Source of the DNA: an uncultured Actinomyces sp.
GTDB taxonomy: Bacteria > Actinomycetota > Actinomycetes > S36-B12
DNA length: 30,707 bases
Direction of reading: 5' to 3'
Assembly (NCBI GenBank): GCA_964560885.1
Contig: CAZLNF010000001.1
Location: forward strand, 1-30,707
Below the pieces are notes generated by a model. The model was given only the letters and a program-made list of their open reading frames with translations, ran no database searches and had not been told where the DNA came from. Both the position numbers and the translations under genes were made by a program. Below, piece by piece: positions 11,382 to 19,039 of the stretch (position 1 is the first letter of the stretch; each line of letters starts with the position of its first letter).

Positions 11382-11831
11382 CTAGGCCGTGTCGCGGGGG
11401 CCGTCGTCGAGCACGAGGCACACGCTGTTGATGCAGTAGCGCAGATCCGTCGGAGTGTCGTAGCCCTCGCCCTCGAAGACATGACCGAGGTGGCTGCCGC
11501 ACGAGGCACAGCGCACTTCTGTCCGGAGCATGCCATGGGTGCGGTCCTCGATCTCGATCACGCGGTCGCCCGCGAGGGGAGTGAAGAACGACGGCCACCC
11601 GCAGTGGGAGTCGAACTTCGTGTCCGAGCGAAAGAGCTCAGCGCCACAGGCGCGGCACGCATATGTGCCCTGCGTCTTCGTCTCGACGTACTCCCCGCTC
11701 CAGGCGGGCTCGGTGCCGGCGCCCCGGAGCACGGCGTACTCGACCGGGGTGAGACGGCTTCGCCATTCCTCCTCGCTTCGGGCAGCGGGGTAGGGGGCAC
11801 CGTCGGGGCGAGTGGGCTCTACAGTCGGCAT
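11382..11831 (-). CDS. msrB: Peptide-methionine (R)-S-oxide reductase
   Basis: GTEPAWSGEY, two Zn-binding CxxC motifs (CRAC, CASC), HCGWPSF, GSHLGHVF, RYCINS. Confidence 0.96.
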   Translation of the reverse strand: MPTVEPTRPDGAPYPAARSEEEWRSRLTPVEYAVLRGAGTEPAWSGEYVETKTQGTYACRACGAELFRSDTKFDSHCGWPSFFTPLAGDRVIEIEDRTHGMLRTEVRCASCGSHLGHVFEGEGYDTPTDLRYCINSVCLVLDDGPRDTA

Positions 11832-11837
11832 GGCGCC

Positions 11838-11843
11838 AGATTA
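11838..11843 (-). promoter_or_regulatory. Putative -10 element (TAATCT) for leaderless msrB
   Basis: 6 nt upstream of ATG 11831. Confidence 0.55.
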
Positions 11844-11888
11844 GGCGCGCAGGCAGGGGTCGGCTACCCAGGACCGAAGGGATGCACG

Positions 11889-12425
11889 ATGAGCGACATG
11901 CTCGATATCCGCGGCTCTTGGTTGAGCAGCGAGGCGCTGGAGCAGGCCCGGGAGCGCTTGCCGATCGTCTACGTCGAGGCGGTCCCCGTGCGTGTGGACT
12001 CCTGGGGGTCGATCACGGCGGTGGGGCTGCTCCTGCGGGCCATGCCGGACGGATCCATCAGTCGCGCCCTGGTGTCGGGGCGTGTCCTCTACGGCGAACG
12101 TCTCCGCGAGGCGCTGCTGCGCAACATCGAGAAGGACCTGGGACCCATGGCCCTGCCCAGGCTGCCTCTGGATCCGGCGCCCTTCACCGTGGCCGAGTAC
12201 TTCCCGGATCCGGCGGTCACGGGCTATCACGACCCACGCCAGCACGCCGTCAGCCTGGCCTATGTCGTGCCCTGCGACGGAGACTGCGCCCCTAGTCAGG
12301 AAGCCCTCGACCTCACCTGGATCGCGCCACAGGAGGCTGCCTCGAGGTCCTTCCAGGCGGAGATGACCGGGGGGCAGGGCCGGCTCGTGCGCCTCGCCCT
12401 GGCCTACGCCGGCCAACTCGACTGA
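11889..12425 (+). CDS. DUF4916 / Nudix-fold family protein
   Basis: Real start is ATG 11889 at the 3' end of the long ORF 10569..12425. Motifs LPIVYVEAVPVR, LVSGRVLYGE..REALLR.IEKDLG, AEYFP, HDPRQHAVSLAY. Confidence 0.8.
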   Translation: MSDMLDIRGSWLSSEALEQARERLPIVYVEAVPVRVDSWGSITAVGLLLRAMPDGSISRALVSGRVLYGERLREALLRNIEKDLGPMALPRLPLDPAPFTVAEYFPDPAVTGYHDPRQHAVSLAYVVPCDGDCAPSQEALDLTWIAPQEAASRSFQAEMTGGQGRLVRLALAYAGQLD

Positions 12426-12427
12426 GC

Positions 12428-13207
12428 TCAGGCTGACCCGAATTCAGGTGTCCGCCCGGCAGCCTTGGCGAGCAGGGCCTCGGCGAGATCCGGTCCACGG
12501 AAGGACGCGCGCATCAGGCTGAGGCTCTGTGCGATGCTCTCGTCGCGTGTTTCTAGTTCTGCCGACGAGAGCTGCTGCTTGATCGTCGCCAGGGATCGAG
12601 GCGAGCAGTTCGCCGCGACATCGCGCGCCCAGGACATGGCTGCCTCGACGACATCGTCGTGGACTCCCTGCACGAGACCGATGCGCTCGGCTTCAGTGGC
12701 GTCGATAGAGCGCCCGCTCAGGAGGATCTCGGCGGCGCGCTGACGTCCGATCATGCGCGGGAGGAGCCAGGCGACGCCATATTCCGCGACGAGTCCGAGT
12801 CGGCTGAACGCCGAGATGAAGCGTGCGCTGGGCGAGGCGAAGCAGACGTCGCCGGTGAGAGCAATGACGAAGCCCAGGCCTGCGGCGGGGCCGTTGACAG
12901 CCATGACGACGGGGATGCTGACATCGAGAGCGCCTGTGGGGAGGTTCTCGGGTCTCGTCTCTGACACGAATCCCTCGAGTGCTTCGGGTCCCATGGCCAG
13001 GACGGACAGGTCGGCGCCCGAGCAGAAGCCTCGACCTGCGCCCGTGACGACGGCGACGCGCACGTCGGGGTGAGCGTCGGCCTCGCGCAGGGCGCGCGCA
13101 TAGGCCGGGCCCATCTCGGCATTGAGGGCATTGAGTCGGTCAGGACGGTTGAGGGTGATCAGCGCGACTCGGTCGCGCACCTCCACGAGCACGGGTGCAT
13201 CGGACAT
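12428..13207 (-). CDS. Enoyl-CoA hydratase/isomerase (crotonase) family protein
   Basis: ITLNRPDRLNALN, oxyanion motif FCSGADL, AVNGPAAGLG, LLPRMIG. Confidence 0.9.
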   Translation of the reverse strand: MSDAPVLVEVRDRVALITLNRPDRLNALNAEMGPAYARALREADAHPDVRVAVVTGAGRGFCSGADLSVLAMGPEALEGFVSETRPENLPTGALDVSIPVVMAVNGPAAGLGFVIALTGDVCFASPSARFISAFSRLGLVAEYGVAWLLPRMIGRQRAAEILLSGRSIDATEAERIGLVQGVHDDVVEAAMSWARDVAANCSPRSLATIKQQLSSAELETRDESIAQSLSLMRASFRGPDLAEALLAKAAGRTPEFGSA

Positions 13208-13264
13208 GTCCTCACCCTGCCAGGTTCCGACGGGCGGCGCAGCAGGGTGTGACCGGTGCAGGGA

Positions 13265-14227
13265 TCAGGCGGGTCGCCTGGCGAGGATGGCGTCCATCGC
13301 ATCGGCGACGGTGATCGACCAGCGCGGATCGGGAAGCCAGCCACCTTCGCCGCGGATAGCCGACGAGACGGCCTCGATCATCAGCCGATACGGGTCGACC
13401 GGCGCGAAGTGCTCGACCCGCTCCCCATCGCGGTCCAGGACCCGCAAGGCACTTGGTCGCATCCACGAGGTGTAGGCGTCACTGCCGGTGAACTCAATGA
13501 CGCCGTGCTCGCCGTGGATCACAAGGCTCTCGAACGCTGTCTCGATGAAGCTCGCGCGCACGTGCACGGCGATGCCGTCGAGGTGCAGCGACGCATCCGT
13601 GGTGAGGTCCACGCCGAGGCCTCCGCTGACGATGTCCACCGCGTCGACGGAGACGCCGCCTGCGCGAGTCGCCCAGGTCGCCCCGGTGAGGGGGTAGCAG
13701 CCGACATCGAGCAAGGCGCCACCTCCACGCTGCGGATCGAGGCGGTAGTTGCCCTCGTCAACCCCGTCGAAGACGAAGGCCCCGCTCACGCTCGTGACCG
13801 GGCCGAGGGCGTCACTAGCCAGCAAGGCGGCAGCACGCGCCGTCCTCGGATGCCACAGGTTCCAGGTCGCCTCCACCAGCAGGCATCCTGTGGCTTCCGC
13901 AGCGGCCCGCATGCGACGAGCCTCGTCGGCGTTGCGGCCCAGCGGCTTCTCGCACAGCACGGCCTTGCCTGCGGCAAGGGCACGCTCAGCCCAGGGCAGG
14001 TGTCCGTCGTTGGAGAGGGCGATGTAGACGGCATCAACCTGCGGGTCGTCGATGACGGCGGCGTAGTCGTCGTAAGCCGCGCGGTGGGGACTGAGGGCGT
14101 TGGCTCGCGCTCGGTCACGGGCGGCGACGACATCGAGGCGTGCGCCGTGAGCGCTGTGCATGGCGGGTGCGATCGCACGGCGTGAGATCCAGCCTGCACC
14201 GAGCAGGCCCCACCGGGTCGGCATCAT
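13265..14227 (-). CDS. Gfo/Idh/MocA family oxidoreductase
   Basis: WGLLGAGWIS, VDAVYIAL.NDGH, VLCEKP, GGGALLDVGCY. Its ATG overlaps the upstream stop (ATGA at 14224-14227). Confidence 0.9.
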   Translation of the reverse strand: MMPTRWGLLGAGWISRRAIAPAMHSAHGARLDVVAARDRARANALSPHRAAYDDYAAVIDDPQVDAVYIALSNDGHLPWAERALAAGKAVLCEKPLGRNADEARRMRAAAEATGCLLVEATWNLWHPRTARAAALLASDALGPVTSVSGAFVFDGVDEGNYRLDPQRGGGALLDVGCYPLTGATWATRAGGVSVDAVDIVSGGLGVDLTTDASLHLDGIAVHVRASFIETAFESLVIHGEHGVIEFTGSDAYTSWMRPSALRVLDRDGERVEHFAPVDPYRLMIEAVSSAIRGEGGWLPDPRWSITVADAMDAILARRPA

Positions 14228-15615
14228 GAGGGCTTCACGGGGACCCCGCCCATACGCGCGGATTCCTCTGCGGCTTCGAGCATCGAGATCACCCTGCGGG
14301 ACTGCTCACCCCGCACGCGCGGGGCGAAGCCGTACTGCAACCACAGGGAGAGATCTGCGTGGAAGGGGTGCGGCTCCGCGGCCCGGAAGGCAAGGTCGGT
14401 GACGTCGCCGGTGGGCGAGTGCATCCTGACTCGAGGTGGGGCATCGGCGGGCGCCAGCATGTCCTCGTCCAACGTCCCAATGGCGTTGCGAGACACCACG
14501 GATGTGTGCCGCCACTCGCCTGTGAGCGCGCCTCGCGTGCCGAGCACGTACCACCGCGGCTTCAGCGCCGCGGCAAGGTCGGAGTAGACGAAGGTCGCCT
14601 CTCTGCCGCCGCTGAAGTGAAGGGTCATGCGTGAATGGTCGGCATTGGTCACGTCATGCCACACACGCTTGTGATTCACGGCGGTGACGGATTCGACCTC
14701 TCCGGGGAGGAGGTCGAGGACTTGGTCGATGACATGCGAGCCCCAGTCGAAGAGCGCACCACCCGATACGGAAGCGTCGGAGTGCCAGTAGTTGCAGGGG
14801 TGTCCGTAGCCGCCGATGAATGTCTCGACGTGGAAGACCTCGCCGATACGCCCCTCGCGTACGGCCTCGCCAATCAGTGCGAAGTCGGGATCGAAGCGGC
14901 GGTTTTGAAAGACGGACAGTGCAAGCCCCGCACTGCGCGCGCGTTCGATCAGCGCATCGCACTCCCGGGCGGTGAGCGCCATGGGCTTCTCGAGCACGAC
15001 GTGCTTGCCGTGCTCGAGGGCCGCCATCGCCCAGGCTGCATGACTGTCGGGCGGGGTGGAGACGACGACGATGTCGACGTCGGGGTCCGCGAGCAGCGTG
15101 TCCGCATCGGCATGGATGCGCGCATCGGGATCGGCCTCGAGGGCCTGTGCGGCACGCGCTGGGTCGCGATCGCAGACGGCCACGAGATGGAGTCCGGCGG
15201 TCTCACGCACGGCGCGGGCATGTGCAGCCCCGATGGCGCCGAAACCGAGGAGTCCCACTCCGCGAGACCGGGTCTCCACGCTCGAGCTCAGCGCGGCTGC
15301 GGAGAGGAGTTCGAGGAATCCTGGATTCGTCCAGGCGGGTGAGTCCTCGGACAGGGCCACCACGATGCTGCCGTCGGGACCCCGACTGATGAGACCGTGT
15401 TCCTCGAGCCCCTGGGCAAATGTGGCGAGCGCACCCTCTGCCGGGACACCGGGGACAGGGTCACCGGTCACCAGGACGTCTCCGCGAGGCCAGCTCGCGA
15501 AGCGGGGTCGGACGCGCACCTCGTGTCGGGGCAGGGGTGGTCCGGGCGGTGTCCCGAAGCTGATGCGCGAGGGCCGGGCCCCGGCTGGCCAGGGCAGATC
15601 GTCCGCAACGGGCAT
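14224..15615 (-). CDS. Gfo/Idh/MocA family oxidoreductase with an ~115-aa N-terminal extension
   Basis: VGLLGFGAIG, VVVSTPPDSH, VVLEKPMA, FQNRRFD, GGALFDWGSH. Start set at ATG 15615, which has TAGGGT 7 nt upstream. Confidence 0.87.
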   Translation of the reverse strand: MPVADDLPWPAGARPSRISFGTPPGPPLPRHEVRVRPRFASWPRGDVLVTGDPVPGVPAEGALATFAQGLEEHGLISRGPDGSIVVALSEDSPAWTNPGFLELLSAAALSSSVETRSRGVGLLGFGAIGAAHARAVRETAGLHLVAVCDRDPARAAQALEADPDARIHADADTLLADPDVDIVVVSTPPDSHAAWAMAALEHGKHVVLEKPMALTARECDALIERARSAGLALSVFQNRRFDPDFALIGEAVREGRIGEVFHVETFIGGYGHPCNYWHSDASVSGGALFDWGSHVIDQVLDLLPGEVESVTAVNHKRVWHDVTNADHSRMTLHFSGGREATFVYSDLAAALKPRWYVLGTRGALTGEWRHTSVVSRNAIGTLDEDMLAPADAPPRVRMHSPTGDVTDLAFRAAEPHPFHADLSLWLQYGFAPRVRGEQSRRVISMLEAAEESARMGGVPVKPS

Positions 15616-15622
15616 GCGCCAC

Positions 15623-15684
15623 ACCCTAGGGGACTCGCGGGAATGCCGCCGGTCCTTGATGGGGCATCCCTGCGGCCCTAGCCT
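15623..15684. promoter_or_regulatory. Divergent leaderless promoter pair (TAGGGT minus 15623-15628; TAGCCT plus 15679-15684)
   Basis: Each hexamer is 7 nt before its start codon (ATG 15615 minus; GTG 15692 plus). Confidence 0.5.
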
Positions 15685-15691
15685 CTTGTTC

Positions 15692-15844
15692 GTGATGTTC
15701 CTCATGTTCGTGGTCTGGCTCGTGGTCTTCATCGGGATCTTCCGAGGCTGGCGATGGATCCCCCTGCTCGCGCTCGCCAACCTGGGCTACACCCTCCTGG
15801 TCCTGCGCATCCACATGACCGACCCGATCCCGCTCAACTTCTAG
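15692..15844 (+). CDS. Small two-TM membrane protein (DUF5993-like)
   Basis: Hidden at the 3' end of ORF 15056..15844: MMFLMFVVWLVVFIGIFRGWRWIPLLALANLGYTLLVLRIHMTDPIPLNF (50 aa). Two hydrophobic stretches and a HMTDPIPLNF tail like DUF5993 proteins that precede dsbB-like genes; TAGCCT 7 nt upstream. Confidence 0.75.
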   Translation: MMFLMFVVWLVVFIGIFRGWRWIPLLALANLGYTLLVLRIHMTDPIPLNF

Positions 15845-15852
15845 GGGCAGAC

Positions 15853-16599
15853 GTGACGACATCGACGGCGACCTCATCCGCCTCACGCTGGAGCATGGCG
15901 CCTGACCGGGCGGTCCTGCTCTCGCGACTGATCAACATCGTGGCGCTCCTTGGCCTCATCGGAGTGCTCGCGGGTTCCCTGCACCTTCAGTTCGGAGTGG
16001 GCGAGCAGCCCTGTCCGCTCTGCATCGTGCAGCGCTCCGGGATGATCGGCCTCGCCGTCGGCCCCATCATGAACCTGCTGTGGGGCATGAATCCACGTCA
16101 TTATGCGCTGAGCATCCTCGCCGCTGTGGTCGGAGCCGCGGGCTCAACCCGGCAGATTCTCCTCCACATCGCGGACCCGAACGACCCCGGATACGGCCCC
16201 GAGGTCTTCGGATGGCACCTCTACACCTGGGCGTTGGTGACCTTCATCGTGGCCATCGTGGGCTGCGCCCTGCTCATCATGTGGCAGACGCCGTTCACAG
16301 CCGGTGATCGTGGCGTACTGAAGGACCCGGCTGCGGGCGCTCTGCGGCCGTGGATGGCGGGCGTAGTCATGTGGCTCGCACTGATGGTGGTCATTTGGGT
16401 GACCTTCGATCTCATCGTGGTGGGCCTGTCGGTCATCCCCGAGTGCGGTCTGGGTCCCTGTCCTGACGATCCGCCCAACACGCAGCCCCTCGGCGAGGCC
16501 ACGGGCTGGATCGCTGTCCTAGCCGTGGGGGCGGTCGCAGCAGTCGTGGCGCTCATCCTCGAACGCCGTTGGCGTTCACGTGAGTCGACCGGTGACTGA
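15853..16599 (+). CDS. Disulfide bond formation protein B family (long, DsbB/DsbI-like)
   Basis: PCPLCIVQR redox motif after TM1, RQILLHI, PGYGPEVFGWHLYTW, a second Cys pair ECGLGPCPDDP, and about 6 hydrophobic segments. GTG start 8 nt after the small-protein stop. Confidence 0.85.
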   Translation: MTTSTATSSASRWSMAPDRAVLLSRLINIVALLGLIGVLAGSLHLQFGVGEQPCPLCIVQRSGMIGLAVGPIMNLLWGMNPRHYALSILAAVVGAAGSTRQILLHIADPNDPGYGPEVFGWHLYTWALVTFIVAIVGCALLIMWQTPFTAGDRGVLKDPAAGALRPWMAGVVMWLALMVVIWVTFDLIVVGLSVIPECGLGPCPDDPPNTQPLGEATGWIAVLAVGAVAAVVALILERRWRSRESTGD

Positions 16600-16626
16600 C
16601 CTGACGGGTGGATAGCCCGGCGGTTG

Positions 16627-17091
16627 CTACGCGCCGCGGCGGCTGTCGCCGTGGTCGCGCAAGGGATCGATCCCCGCGATGTGCTGGCCCAGGCGCAGCA
16701 CCTGCTCGTCGGTCAGGTCATCGATATCCGCTCGCACGTCCGCGAGGATGCGCCCGGCCACGTCACGGCGATGCTTCTCCATGTAGGTGACCAGGTGGTG
16801 GCTCGCATTGGCCTTACCCGTGCCGTGTCCGAGCAGGATGATCCCTGATGCGGGGACGAGTGCCTCGGTGAGAAGAGACCAGTAGGCGTCGCTGTCATCG
16901 AGGTACTTGCCATCGACATTGCCGTGATGGTGGTAGACGTTGTGGAAGCGCTTACGCGGGTCCTCGGCTGAGACGTGCTCAGGGGAGGAGTGGTCCGGGG
17001 AGTCCAGGGCGTAGATGCGCGTGCTGTGGAAGTCCACGGCCGCGATGGCGATGCGCCCCGTCAGGTCGATGGCATCGGTGACGTCGTGCAT
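16627..17091 (-). CDS. Release-factor-like protein (aeRF1/baeRF/host-attachment 'translational machinery protein' type), 154 aa
   Basis: IAAVDFHSTRIY beta-strand start, His-rich loop FHNVYHHHGN, helix YWSLLTEAL, IILLGHGTGKANA (the G-P/H-G-x-x-K pattern of eRF1 domain-2-like folds), C-terminal DLTDEQVL. Strong SD GGAGAGGAGG before ATG 17091. Confidence 0.65.
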   Translation of the reverse strand: MHDVTDAIDLTGRIAIAAVDFHSTRIYALDSPDHSSPEHVSAEDPRKRFHNVYHHHGNVDGKYLDDSDAYWSLLTEALVPASGIILLGHGTGKANASHHLVTYMEKHRRDVAGRILADVRADIDDLTDEQVLRLGQHIAGIDPLRDHGDSRRGA

Positions 17092-17092
17092 G

Positions 17093-17395
17093 TCAGACCT
17101 CCTCTCCGGCCTTCTTGGGATCGAAACCCGCGTTGCGCAGCATGCGACGAAGGTCGACCACCATCTGGGTGTCGATGTCCTTATCGCGAGGGCGCTCGAA
17201 GATCTCTGTCTCGGGGCCCAGGGTCACCTTGAACTTCCCGTCGTGACGTTCTTCGACGTCGCCGACATGCTCGAGAAGGGAGATCGTGTCCGCCCAACGG
17301 ATGTTATGACTCGTCGGGTGGCTGAAGATCGCCGTGAGCGTGTTGAGATGGTGGTTGTTGAGGTGAATGGGCTCATCACCCGTGCCGTGTGCCAT
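17093..17395 (-). CDS. HicA-fold (dsRBD-like) protein, 100 aa
   Basis: C-terminal part of ORF 17093..17833 from ATG 17395: HLNTLTAIFSHPTSHNIRWADTISLLEHVGDVEERHDGKFKVTL...FERPRDKDIDTQMVVDLRRMLRNAGF. This follows the TL.IF.RP.S.NI.W...ERxGSR...HRPHP...R.L...G pattern of HicA-family proteins. Confidence 0.68.
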   Translation of the reverse strand: MAHGTGDEPIHLNNHHLNTLTAIFSHPTSHNIRWADTISLLEHVGDVEERHDGKFKVTLGPETEIFERPRDKDIDTQMVVDLRRMLRNAGFDPKKAGEEV

Positions 17396-17401
17396 GCGCC
17401 C

Positions 17402-17446
17402 AGCCTGCCAGACCCCTGTCGAGGCAAGATCCACGGGTCCTAGCCT
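17402..17446. promoter_or_regulatory. Divergent leaderless promoter pair (CAGGCT minus 17402-17407; TAGCCT plus 17441-17446)
   Basis: Each hexamer is 6 nt before its ATG (17395 minus; 17453 plus). Confidence 0.45.
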
Positions 17447-17452
17447 GTGCCC

Positions 17453-18196
17453 ATGACCCGTCGCATCCTCGTCACCGGCGGCTCCCGCGGCATCGGTGCA
17501 GCGATCGCACGGCGCTTTGCTGCTGATGGCTATCGCGTCGCCCTGCACTTCCATGCGAGCCCCGACGCGGCCGCCGAGGTCCTGGCCAGCCTGCCGGGCA
17601 CAGGACATGTCGCGGTACGCGCGGACCTCCGGGATCCGGAGGCCATCTCGCGCATGGTCGAGGAGGCGGCCGCAGCGCTCGGCGGGATCGATGTCCTGGT
17701 CAACAACGCGGGGGTCTTCTTCGCCCATCCCATCGACGAGGTCGACTTCGCCACCTGGCTCGAGGCGTGGCGCCAGACGCTCGACATCAATCTGCTGGCG
17801 CCCGCGCTGGTGTCCTGGCATGCCGTGCGCCACATGGGACCGGGTGGGCGCATCATCAACGTGGGGTCACGCGGTGCCTTTCGGGGCGAGCCGCAGAGCC
17901 CCGCCTACGGGGCGAGCAAGGCCGGTGTCGCAGCCCTGGGCCAATCCCTCGCCAAGTACCTGGGCGCCCGGGGAATCGCCGTGACCACGGTGGCCCCGGG
18001 GTTCGTCGCCACCGACATGGCGACCGAGGCCATGGAGGGCGAGGGTGGTGTCGTCAGGAGGAGCGAGAGCCCCTTCGGCAGGATCGCCGAGCCCGACGAG
18101 ATCGCTGCGGCCATTGCCTTCCTCGCGTCTCCCGAAGCCGAATGGGTGAGCGGCGGGATCCTCGACCTCAACGGGGCGTCTTACCTGCGCATGTGA
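17453..18196 (+). CDS. SDR family NAD(P)-dependent oxidoreductase
   Basis: TGGSRGIG, LVNNAG, YGASK catalytic motif, VAPGFVATDM. ATG 17453 chosen over GTG 17447 because TAGCCT lies 6 nt before it. Confidence 0.92.
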   Translation: MTRRILVTGGSRGIGAAIARRFAADGYRVALHFHASPDAAAEVLASLPGTGHVAVRADLRDPEAISRMVEEAAAALGGIDVLVNNAGVFFAHPIDEVDFATWLEAWRQTLDINLLAPALVSWHAVRHMGPGGRIINVGSRGAFRGEPQSPAYGASKAGVAALGQSLAKYLGARGIAVTTVAPGFVATDMATEAMEGEGGVVRRSESPFGRIAEPDEIAAAIAFLASPEAEWVSGGILDLNGASYLRM

Positions 18197-18208
18197 GCGG
18201 GCATGCCG

Positions 18209-19039
18209 TCAGTCATCAAGTAGGAAGTCGCGCAGCATGCGGGTGAACTCCTCCGCATGCTCGATCTGGGTCCAGTGACCGCAGTTGCCGAAGACGTGGA
18301 GCTGGGCGTTCGGAATGAGATCGAGGAGCCGGAGGGACGTGGCGAGTGGGATGACGCGGTCCTCTCGTCCATGGAAGATGATCGTGGGCGCCTCAATGGA
18401 GGACACGTCGTCCTCCGAGTGGGCGAGGGCCTGCACCCAGCGTTGACGCGGAGCCGGGAACATCGCGGCGTAGGCCTCCTGCACGCCTGGCCTGATACTT
18501 GCCTGGTAGCGCAGCTCCGCGAGCTCGTCCAGTCCGGGTGCGGGCGCGGCCGTGAAGATCCGCAGGAGAGCGGCCATCGACTCGACACTGGGCTCATAGC
18601 CCCAGACCGCATCGAGGCCGGGAGTGATGGGGAAGTCGAGCCCGACGGCGCCCATGAGTCCGAGTCGGCGGACACGCTCCGGGTGCCGGATGGCCAGGGC
18701 AAGGGCGAGTGATCCCCCGAAGGAGTTGCCGACGACGTGCGCACGCTCGATCCCCAGGGCATCAAGGACTCCGAGCATGTGCTCTACCCAGGCATCGAGG
18801 TGATAGGCCTCGGCGCTCCGATCGGTGAATCCGAATCCGACGACATCGGGGGCGACCACGCGGAATGAAGGGGCAAGTGCCGGGATCGTGAGTCGCCAAT
18901 TGGCCCAGGCACTCACTCCGGGCCCGGACCCGTGGATGAGCAGGACCGTGCCGTTGCCTGGATCGGTGACGGTGTCGTGGACGTTGGTGGCGATGCCTGC
19001 GGCGATGACGGTCTCGCCGATCTCGGGGTTGGGGGTCAC
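18209..19039 (-). CDS. Alpha/beta hydrolase, meta-cleavage-product (2-hydroxymuconic semialdehyde/HOPDA) hydrolase family
   Basis: IHGSGPGVSAWANWR, nucleophile elbow GNSFGG, acid GREDRVIP and CGHWTQIE (XylF/DmpD/TodF/BphD signature). Confidence 0.88.
   Translation of the reverse strand: MTPNPEIGETVIAAGIATNVHDTVTDPGNGTVLLIHGSGPGVSAWANWRLTIPALAPSFRVVAPDVVGFGFTDRSAEAYHLDAWVEHMLGVLDALGIERAHVVGNSFGGSLALALAIRHPERVRRLGLMGAVGLDFPITPGLDAVWGYEPSVESMAALLRIFTAAPAPGLDELAELRYQASIRPGVQEAYAAMFPAPRQRWVQALAHSEDDVSSIEAPTIIFHGREDRVIPLATSLRLLDLIPNAQLHVFGNCGHWTQIEHAEEFTRMLRDFLLDD

Noticed and set aside
10569-11888. N-terminal 440 codons of the 618-aa ORF 10569..12425
   Set aside because: They run antisense across rnd, DUF3000 and msrB; only the part from ATG 11889 is a real gene.
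17089-17095. Possible sequencing error or programmed frameshift fusing the HicA-like and release-factor-like ORFs
   Set aside because: A strong SD at normal spacing before the second ATG indicates independent initiation, and there is no slippery sequence.
17406-17426. Imperfect inverted repeat TGCC-A-GAC-CCCT-GTC-GA-GGCA in the HicA-like/SDR divergent promoter
   Set aside because: Could be an operator, but the arms are short and GC-rich and no DNA-binding protein is encoded in the pair; not supportable without conservation data.
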